Source: Desulfobulbus propionicus (lineage in GTDB: Bacteria; Desulfobacterota; Dissulfuribacteria; Dissulfuribacterales; DYOW01). Taken from it: DNA of 44,245 bases. Location: contig DYOW01000006.1 in the NCBI GenBank assembly GCA_020720325.1, positions 1 to 44,245 on the forward strand, read 5' to 3'. How positions within the stretch are numbered: position 1 is the stretch's first letter; every line of letters starts with the position of its first letter. Below, in pieces: positions 9,499 through 16,594 of the stretch. A model generated the notes under the pieces. That model was given only the letters and a program-made list of their open reading frames with translations, was not told where the DNA came from and ran no database searches. The translations under genes and the position numbers were made by a program.

Positions 9499-9749
9499 AT
9501 GAAATCATCATTGTCAGACCTGAAGCTGAAGAAGACTTAAAGGAAGCCTTTTCTTGGTATGAGGATAAGAGGTTAGGTTTGGGACATGATTTCCTCCTGC
9601 AAGTTAATTCAGGACTTAACTTCATCATGAGAAATCCAGAAATTCATTCGATTGAGCACAAAGGATCAAGAAAACACATTATCAAAAGGTTTCCATACAA
9701 AATCATTTATTTTGTCGAAGAAGAAAAGATAATAGTCCTTTTTTATTAA
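9499..9749 (+). pseudogene. RelE/ParE-family toxin pseudogene (start out of frame, C-terminus apparently truncated)
   Basis: Frame from 9501 reads EIIIVRPEAEEDLKEAFSWYEDKRLGLGHDFLLQV...NPE...KRFPYKIIYFVEEEKIIVLFY*; the ATG at 9499 is in another frame; the usual AVxHxxR tail is missing. Confidence 0.75.
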
Positions 9750-9755
9750 ATTTTC

Positions 9756-9785
9756 TTGACAAATACAGTATTATTTTATTATAAT
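9756..9785 (+). promoter_or_regulatory. Consensus sigma70 promoter facing the cassette array
   Basis: TTGACA (9756-9761), 18 bp, TATAAT (9780-9785). Confidence 0.5.
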
Positions 9786-9856
9786 TTTTTTTAATGTGGA
9801 ATCGGTATAAAAATAAATGTTAGCAGTCAAGATCAACACCCCTGCCTATTATGGTA

Positions 9857-9896
9857 TTGACATAAGTATAAACTAATTGCATAATACATGTATTAT
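9857..9896 (+). promoter_or_regulatory. TA operon promoter with overlapping palindromic operator
   Basis: TTGACA (9857-9862), 17 bp, CATAAT (9880-9885); perfect 16-bp palindrome ATAATACATGTATTAT (9881-9896) overlapping the -10, as expected for antitoxin autorepression. Confidence 0.6.
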
Positions 9897-9917
9897 ATAA
9901 ATTGCATGAGGTGAATT

Positions 9918-10178
9918 ATGTCTGGAGTCAAAACCGCAATATCGCTGGATGAAGAATTATTTGAAAAGGTCAACAAACTTGCGAATGAATTGCATGTTTC
10001 TCGCAGCAGGCTCTTTACCATCGCGGTGAAAGATTATTTGAAAAAACAAGAAAACCAAACACTACTTGCCCAACTAAATGATGCTTATAGTGACCAACCG
10101 GATGAAGAAGAAATAAAAATTTCAGCATCTATGAAATCCAAGCGCCGCAAAAATATAGGAAAAGAGAGATGGGAATAG
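9918..10178 (+). CDS. CopG/ribbon-helix-helix antitoxin (ChpI-like)
   Basis: VKTAISLDEELF...LHVSRSRLF RHH motif; overlaps the downstream toxin start; GAGG RBS. Confidence 0.85.
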   Translation: MSGVKTAISLDEELFEKVNKLANELHVSRSRLFTIAVKDYLKKQENQTLLAQLNDAYSDQPDEEEIKISASMKSKRRKNIGKERWE

Positions 10179-10522
10179 AGCAAGGTGATATTTACTGGAT
10201 TGATTTTGGCGAGCCTTCCGGCTCTGAGCCAGGTTATCGTCACCCTCACATCGTCATCCAAAATAATTTATTTAACGCGAGCAAAATCAATACAGTGGTA
10301 GTTTGTGCCCTCACCTCAAATCTCAAAAGAGCTCAGGCGCCTGGCAATGTTTTACTGAATAAAGGAGAAGCCAACCTGCCCAGGAAAAGTGTCGTTAATA
10401 TTTCTCAAATTTACACGGTCAACAAGGTTGATTTGGCTGAAAAGATTGGTAAGGTATCAGAAAAGAGATTTAACGAAATTCTTGAAGGCATTAAGTTACT
10501 CACGGAGCCAAGAGAAGTTTAA
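10169..10522 (+). CDS. mazF: PemK/MazF-family endoribonuclease toxin
   Basis: QGDIYWIDF..PSGSEPGYRHP..VIQN...ALTSN, SVVNISQIYTVNK motifs. Confidence 0.92.
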   Translation: MGIEQGDIYWIDFGEPSGSEPGYRHPHIVIQNNLFNASKINTVVVCALTSNLKRAQAPGNVLLNKGEANLPRKSVVNISQIYTVNKVDLAEKIGKVSEKRFNEILEGIKLLTEPREV

Positions 10523-10547
10523 CAATCTGAAATAAAGCAAAAAAAAC

Positions 10548-10637
10548 TGCTAACAAAGGTATTAAGCTGACCACTAGAATGGTTTGTGTGCTATCGGGCA
10601 AGTTCTTCGGCGTGGCAGCTTATACTTGGCATTAGGT
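10548..10637 (+). mobile_element. attC recombination site (90 bp; R' core degenerate, ATT instead of GTT)
   Basis: R'' TGCTAAC; left arm GTATTAAGCTGACCAC pairs with right arm GTGGCAGCTTATAC leaving two extrahelical bases; R' ATTAGGT at 10631-10637. Confidence 0.75.
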
Positions 10638-10664
10638 TTTTAAGAGAACCAAAGGATTAAAAAT

Positions 10665-10766
10665 ATGAATATAATATTTGATATTGCTTCAAATATTGCA
10701 ACACCTTTAGTATTAGGTGGATTTTTTGCCGGGAGTGTTCATAATCTTGTATTATTTAATCTGTAA
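10665..10766 (+). pseudogene. Probable truncated ORF of a second cassette
   Basis: AAGGA RBS just after attC; MNIIFDIASNIATPLVLGGFFAGSVHNLVLFNL* (33 aa, hydrophobic); abuts the receiver-domain fragment. Confidence 0.4.
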
Positions 10767-10912
10767 ATCCGGAAGCAAAGGTTATTGTCACAAGCGGTTA
10801 TTCAACAGATCCTGTTATGGTGCATTTCAAAAATTATGGATTTGCCGGAAGGATTATAAAGCCTTTTAATATAGAAGATATAGAAAATGCCTTAAGGGAG
10901 ATTTGGGGTTAA
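10763..10912 (+). pseudogene. C-terminal fragment of a hybrid-kinase receiver domain
   Basis: Startless frame VNPEAKVIVTSGYSTDPVMVHFKNYGFAGRIIKPFNIEDIENALREIWG*, with REC-type SGY and KPF motifs. Confidence 0.75.
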
Positions 10913-11854
10913 GGGGTTATTTTTTTTTTCGTCCTCGCATTTTTTTTCGAAGGTGCAGATTCCGCCGTTATCTTCAGGAATAAAAGGATTTGCTTCGCCT
11001 TGCTGATTTACGGAATAATCGGGAATCACAAAATGGGAGCATGCCTTTGATAAATAATCTATAATTGGTTTATCACCTTTTATAAAGGTTAAACCTTCCT
11101 GTTCTTCAGCGATTAATACTGGTATCACCTTTATGTTTAAGAGACCAAGGATGGTTCTGTTGATCTCAGGGTTGTATTCATTGGTTTTTAAAATATTTTT
11201 AAAAATATCATTTGTAATCTCTTCAACCGGGTTAAAATGTATTTCACAGCTTGTGCACCCTTCAAGAACCTCGAGAACCTGTTTGCAATGGGAACAATTT
11301 TTTGAAAAGAAGAGATATGCTTTTTTTACGGGTTTTTCACAGCTTTTAATTGCATATGTTCCGTTGTTAATTGTGTTTTTGGTTATATAAGCCCTGTCAA
11401 AACCAATAAAATAAAAGGCGCTTATTTCACATAAAAGAAATAACAGGCTTTTAAAGAATTGGCTCCAACCCCATAGCATATTAAGTATAAAAACAGACGA
11501 AAAAATTATAAGACAGTATGCGCAAAATGTTTTTGCAATAAATATCTGAAATGAAAGCAGGAGTCCTTCTGTCACAATACCAACCAGGATATAAGTTTTC
11601 AACAGGGATTCGTGAATATAAAATTTTTTAAAAAAAAGAATAAGAAAGAGATAAACAGAGAAAAATAAAAGTCCCATTAAATTAATGTAAAGGGGGTTTG
11701 TTTTTATGGATTCTTCAACTATTTTACATCCTGTATTAATACAAAAAGTTTCACCTTCAATATAAGTAAAAACCGTTTGTGAGACGATAAGTAAAATAGT
11801 AAAAACCGTAATGAATAATTGAATTTTTTCACAGGGTATGGTATTTTTTTTCAT
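10892..11854 (-). CDS. VKOR-family membrane domain fused to a thioredoxin-like CxxC domain
   Basis: TM helices with loop cysteines CINTGC and active-site FCAYC; soluble domain FFSKNCSHC...VIP; likely ATG start 11854 (ORF track starts at 11872). Confidence 0.75.
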   Translation of the reverse strand: MKKNTIPCEKIQLFITVFTILLIVSQTVFTYIEGETFCINTGCKIVEESIKTNPLYINLMGLLFFSVYLFLILFFKKFYIHESLLKTYILVGIVTEGLLLSFQIFIAKTFCAYCLIIFSSVFILNMLWGWSQFFKSLLFLLCEISAFYFIGFDRAYITKNTINNGTYAIKSCEKPVKKAYLFFSKNCSHCKQVLEVLEGCTSCEIHFNPVEEITNDIFKNILKTNEYNPEINRTILGLLNIKVIPVLIAEEQEGLTFIKGDKPIIDYLSKACSHFVIPDYSVNQQGEANPFIPEDNGGICTFEKKCEDEKKNNPLTPNLP

Positions 11855-11896
11855 AGTAAAAATATAAAACAAATTTTTTTTTTTTAAATATAAAAT

Positions 11897-13543
11897 ATGG
11901 CAGCTCCACCAATTCCTCTTGGAAAATTACTTAAAGAACAAGGCTTAATAACAGAAGACCAGATTAAATTTTCTCTTGTAGAACAAAAAATTACTGGTGA
12001 AAAAATAGGTGAATGTCTAAGAAGACTTGGACTGATCAGCGATTCTGATCTTGCGAAGGCAATCGCCGTTCAAAGCAAATTTTCATTTATTAATTTATCT
12101 GGTTTTTTACCTGAAATGCCAATTCTTAGACGATTTCCATCCCCTATTGCCAGACAGTTTAATATTCTTCCAATAAGCATTGAACAAAATCATTTGGTGG
12201 CGGCAATCTCAGACCCTTTTAATCCGGCTCTTAAAGAAGCCGTGTTTAGGGCTACCGGTCTTATAGCTGATTTTTGTGTCAGCTCCGAGATAGAAATAAA
12301 AAAAATTATTGAAAGATTTTACTATCTTTTGGAACATCCAATTGAGCAGGAAATTGACAGGGTAATTATGACCCTTAAAAGGGATCCTGCCGCAGATATA
12401 GATATATCAACACTTATAGACAATATTCTTTCCATAGCTGTAAGTTACCGCGCCACAGATGTTCATGTCACACCATCTGATATCACAACAAGGATAATGT
12501 TCAGAATTGACGGAATGATGTCTTTATCATATGTTTTACCTGTTGCCATGCATCAAAAGTTTATAACAAACCTTAAAATAAAATCTGAAATGGATATATC
12601 CGAACAGAGAAAACCCCAGGATGGAAGAACAAGTTTTGAATTTTTGGGAGATACTTTTGATATAAGGGTTTCAACAGTCAGGACAAATAACGGAGAAAAT
12701 ATGGTGTTAAGGCTTCTTCCTTCAAGGGGAAGCTCTATACTTGGTGTTAATGACCTTGGTTTTGAAGAAAATCAGCTTAAAAAAATATCCAATCTTTTTG
12801 CCAAACCCTACGGCATTGTTCTGGTGACAGGTCCAACCGGTAGCGGTAAAACCACCACATTATATGCAGCCCTTAAAGAACAGGATTCTATAGGAAAAAA
12901 TATTCTTACTGTTGAGGATCCAATAGAATATGAATTTTCAATGATAAGACAGACACAGGTAAATGAAAAAGCAGGATATAATTTTGCAAGCGCAATCAGA
13001 ACTTTTTTAAGACAGGATCCTGATGTTATCCTTGTTGGTGAAATAAGGGATGAAGAAACAGCTGTGCTTGCGGTTAGAGCTGCATTAACCGGACATCTTG
13101 TTCTTTCCACCTTACATACAAATACATCAATAGGCGCTGTTGCAAGGCTTAAAGACCTTGGGATTTCCCCATTTCTCCTGTCAAGTTCTATTATGGGAGT
13201 TATTGCTCAGAGACTTATAAGACTTCTTTGTGATAAGTGCAAATTACCTTATGAACCAACAGAAGAAGAAATAAACAAATATTCATTCCAGAGCTCCGAT
13301 ACTTTATTTTCTCCCAAGGGCTGTTCCTCCTGCAGGGAAACAGGATACAGAGGCAGAATAGTTATATCAGAGGTTATGATGTTTACGCCCCATATACTTT
13401 CCCTTCTTGCTGAAGATGCTCCTTTGACAAAAATAGAACAGGAGGCAAAGCTTGAAGGTTTTATAAAAATGGATGAAGATGCTATCGTTAAGCTTAAAAA
13501 GGGGAAAACAAGCATTGCAGAAATTGAGAGGGTTCTTGGCTGA
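11897..13543 (+). CDS. PilB/GspE/MshE-family assembly ATPase with N-terminal MshEN-like domain
   Basis: GPTGSGKTT, TVEDPIEY, LRQDPDVILVGEIRD, STLHTN, CxxC/CxxC zinc motif, GYRGR. Confidence 0.93.
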   Translation: MAAPPIPLGKLLKEQGLITEDQIKFSLVEQKITGEKIGECLRRLGLISDSDLAKAIAVQSKFSFINLSGFLPEMPILRRFPSPIARQFNILPISIEQNHLVAAISDPFNPALKEAVFRATGLIADFCVSSEIEIKKIIERFYYLLEHPIEQEIDRVIMTLKRDPAADIDISTLIDNILSIAVSYRATDVHVTPSDITTRIMFRIDGMMSLSYVLPVAMHQKFITNLKIKSEMDISEQRKPQDGRTSFEFLGDTFDIRVSTVRTNNGENMVLRLLPSRGSSILGVNDLGFEENQLKKISNLFAKPYGIVLVTGPTGSGKTTTLYAALKEQDSIGKNILTVEDPIEYEFSMIRQTQVNEKAGYNFASAIRTFLRQDPDVILVGEIRDEETAVLAVRAALTGHLVLSTLHTNTSIGAVARLKDLGISPFLLSSSIMGVIAQRLIRLLCDKCKLPYEPTEEEINKYSFQSSDTLFSPKGCSSCRETGYRGRIVISEVMMFTPHILSLLAEDAPLTKIEQEAKLEGFIKMDEDAIVKLKKGKTSIAEIERVLG

Positions 13544-14745
13544 TGCCAGTATATTTATATGAAGCCCTTGATACTTCAGGAAATATTGTAAAAGATAACG
13601 GCGATTTTATTGATTTAAACGATTTATATCAATTTTTAAGACAAAATAACTTAACCCTTGTAAAATATAAAAAAACTCTTTTCTCTTCACCTGCAAGAAG
13701 ATTATCTGGAATTAAGAGAATTGTCCTTGCAGAGGTATTAAAAAATATTTCACTTTTGTTAAAAGGCGGTGTTCCTTTAAGGCAGGCCCTTGAAGATATT
13801 CAAAAAAGTCATACTACCCCTACTGTTAAATGGCTTCTTGGTGAGCTTTGCAAATCTCTTGATAAAGGCAACCTTTTATCAGATGCAATTAAAGTACATG
13901 AAAAATATTTTTCCAATATTATTATCACTCTTATTATTATTGGAGAGGAAACTGGCAACCTTGATAAAACACTTGAAGATGCATCAAAACATCTTGAAAG
14001 AATAGAGGAGATTGTATCTAGCACAAAAAGCGCCATGCTCTATCCTTCGTTTGTTTTTTTCGCAATGATAGGCGCCCTTGCATTCTGGATGCTTTACGTG
14101 CTTCCCAAAATTCTTGATCTAATAACTGCTATGGGATTAAAGGAGATACCCCTTGCAACCAAAATTCTTATTAAATCTGTTGATATTTTTCAAAAAGGCT
14201 GGCCCTATTTTTTAGCCTTTATTGTTGGATTGGTAGTTTTTTATATTGTTACTTCAAAAAAAGAAGATTACAAATATTACTGGGATGTTTTGTTCACAAA
14301 ACTTCCTTTTATAGGCACAATTTTAAGATCCTCCCAGCTTGCTTTTTTCTTTGAATATTCTTCACTTTTGACCAGGTCCGGAATAAATATAATAAGAACC
14401 TTTGATCTTATGGGAGAAAGTATCAAATATCAGATATTAAAAAGAGGTATATTAAAAATTAAAACAAATGTAATGTCCGGCAGTTCTCTTTATGACTCAT
14501 TCAAGAAAATCCCATTTTTTGAACCTTTTATACTCAGAATGATTTCAGTTGGAGAACAAACTGGTAATCTGCCCGGACAGTTTTCTATTTTAGCGGAATA
14601 TTATATGAAACAGGTTGATAAACTTGTAAGCACAATATCCAAGGTTATAGAGCCTCTTTTACTTGCTTTTGCAGGTATAATCTTTATGGTTATAGCTCTT
14701 GGCCTTCTTGGACCTATTTATGAAATTATGACAAAAATACAATAA
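13543..14745 (+). CDS. PilC/GspF/MshG-family inner membrane platform protein
   Basis: GEETGNL, AMLYP, GEQTGNL and IEP motifs with three TM segments; coupled to the ATPase (TGATG). Confidence 0.92.
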   Translation: MPVYLYEALDTSGNIVKDNGDFIDLNDLYQFLRQNNLTLVKYKKTLFSSPARRLSGIKRIVLAEVLKNISLLLKGGVPLRQALEDIQKSHTTPTVKWLLGELCKSLDKGNLLSDAIKVHEKYFSNIIITLIIIGEETGNLDKTLEDASKHLERIEEIVSSTKSAMLYPSFVFFAMIGALAFWMLYVLPKILDLITAMGLKEIPLATKILIKSVDIFQKGWPYFLAFIVGLVVFYIVTSKKEDYKYYWDVLFTKLPFIGTILRSSQLAFFFEYSSLLTRSGINIIRTFDLMGESIKYQILKRGILKIKTNVMSGSSLYDSFKKIPFFEPFILRMISVGEQTGNLPGQFSILAEYYMKQVDKLVSTISKVIEPLLLAFAGIIFMVIALGLLGPIYEIMTKIQ

Positions 14746-14787
14746 TGTTTTACAAAAAAAATGTTAAGCGCTAACTAAGATAAATTT

Positions 14788-15726
14788 ATGGATAATACAT
14801 CATTTGACTATTTAAGCCATCTTGGAATAAAAGAAAATCCTTTTTCTCTTTCCCCTGATGTTGCCTATTTTTTTCCCTCAAAAGTTCATCTTGCCGCCAA
14901 AGAGTCTATTAAATTTGCAATAAACCGCGGTGAAGGCTTTATTGTTTTGATAGGTCATGCGGGCACAGGCAAAACACTTTTGCTAAATATGATCTTAAAT
15001 GAACTTGGAAGTGAAAAGATATATACCGTAGTTTTTACACCAAAACTTACAATAGAGGGAATGCTGCAGATAATACTTGAAGATTTGCAGAAGACCTTTC
15101 CTGAAATAATTGTGAACATACCACAGGATTTGCCTTCATTACAGCGTATTTTTCAAAATATCCTTCTTTATTTATCAGGGCAGAACAAAGATTTGCTTAT
15201 TATTGTTGATGAAGCGCAAAATGTTCCCCGTGAAACACTTGAGGGTTTAAGGCTTTTATCAAATATTGAAACTGGAAAAAAAAAGTTGCTCCAGATATTT
15301 CTTATAGGTCAGCTTGAGCTTGACAATTTGCTTGCAGATCCTACACTGCACCAACTGTATCAAAGAATAACTCTGAGGGAAAAACTAAAGCCCTTAAGCA
15401 ACGAAGAAGTAAGAAATTATATAACATTCAGGCTTGCTAAAGCAGGAAGGGGTGATATAAGTATAAATAGGTACGGTCTTGACAGGCTTTATAGGGCAAC
15501 ATCAGGCATACCAAGGCTTGTTAACAAGCTTATGGACAGGACTTTGCTTGTTCTTGCGGTAAAGGGGACCAATGAAGTAAACAAAAAGGATATACAGGTT
15601 GCAGAAACAATGGTTCCAAGCAAGAATAAAGAAACTTTTATTAAAGTAAAATACTCTCATATTTTACTCATAATTTTTACTTTTATAGTTTTAATTTCGA
15701 TATTATTTATTATAATAATTAAATAA
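14788..15726 (+). CDS. ExeA/MshM-family AAA ATPase
   Basis: ENPFSLSPD, GHAGTGKT, IVDEAQ, LRLLSN, GIPRLVN motifs; C-terminal TM. Confidence 0.88.
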   Translation: MDNTSFDYLSHLGIKENPFSLSPDVAYFFPSKVHLAAKESIKFAINRGEGFIVLIGHAGTGKTLLLNMILNELGSEKIYTVVFTPKLTIEGMLQIILEDLQKTFPEIIVNIPQDLPSLQRIFQNILLYLSGQNKDLLIIVDEAQNVPRETLEGLRLLSNIETGKKKLLQIFLIGQLELDNLLADPTLHQLYQRITLREKLKPLSNEEVRNYITFRLAKAGRGDISINRYGLDRLYRATSGIPRLVNKLMDRTLLVLAVKGTNEVNKKDIQVAETMVPSKNKETFIKVKYSHILLIIFTFIVLISILFIIIIK

Positions 15727-15768
15727 ACTTTTAAATTAACTATTTAAAATATTCTGGTTTATTTTATA

Positions 15769-16593
15769 ATGCATCTCCAAAAAAATTATAAACTAAAATT
15801 TGGTGACGACTTAACATCGCCATCCCCTGTATTAAATGAATTATTGTCTCTTTTTAATCAGGATGATATTTCACTTAGCCTTCTATTGGATATTATTCAA
15901 AAGGATATAACCGTAACAACTAATATCCTAAAATATGCAAATTCTGCTTATTTTGGCGCTTCAGGGACTGTTTCTTCTTTAAAAAAAGCTATAGAGCTTA
16001 TTGGTCTTGTTGAGACGAGAAATATCTCTGTTTGTAATGTATTGATTTCAAATTTTGCTCAAAAAAATTATATCGGACACTTTGATTATAAAATTTTCTG
16101 GCTTCATTCATTTTTAACCGCTAATATATCTAAATGTATTGCTAAATTATCTAATAAATTTGATGAAAACGAAGCTTATATTATTGGACTTCTTCATGAC
16201 ATTGGCTGGCTTGCGATAGCGCTTTATCTTCCTGATCAATATGATTTGATACGTAAAAATGATGATAACAATAAAAACAATTCAGGAAAATCTATGCATT
16301 CTTTAATTGGAATGAAAGTTGTTAAAATGTGGAATTTACCAGATATAATATGCAATTCAATTTTATATCATACCAATCCGGAATGCGCCACCACTTCTGT
16401 TGGTTATGAATCTTTAACGGCATTATCTTCCAGGCTTGCTGTTGATCTTGAGAACAATAAATTAATAGAAAAAATTTTTTTTGATAATTATAAAGATTTA
16501 AATCTTGATGACTATCAAATTAATATGATAATATCAGAACTACCTTTAATATTAACTAAAACTAAAGAAATTATAAATTTATCGGAATTTTAA
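15769..16593 (+). CDS. HDOD domain protein
   Basis: ILKYANSAYF, AIELIG, FWLHS, GLLHDIG, WNLP...YH motifs. Confidence 0.9.
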   Translation: MHLQKNYKLKFGDDLTSPSPVLNELLSLFNQDDISLSLLLDIIQKDITVTTNILKYANSAYFGASGTVSSLKKAIELIGLVETRNISVCNVLISNFAQKNYIGHFDYKIFWLHSFLTANISKCIAKLSNKFDENEAYIIGLLHDIGWLAIALYLPDQYDLIRKNDDNNKNNSGKSMHSLIGMKVVKMWNLPDIICNSILYHTNPECATTSVGYESLTALSSRLAVDLENNKLIEKIFFDNYKDLNLDDYQINMIISELPLILTKTKEIINLSEF

Positions 16594-16594
16594 A

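Larger units (their letters stand above)
9819..10637 (+). mobile_element. Integron-type gene cassette carrying an RHH antitoxin-MazF toxin pair
   Basis: 5' boundary GTTAGCAGT (9819-9827) is the exact reverse complement of ACTGCTAAC (10546-10554) at the start of the downstream attC. Confidence 0.75.

Noticed and set aside
11874-11885. T12 tract upstream of the pilus ATPase as a phase-variation switch
   Set aside because: Long A/T homopolymers are frequent in intergenic DNA throughout this AT-rich window; no specific support.
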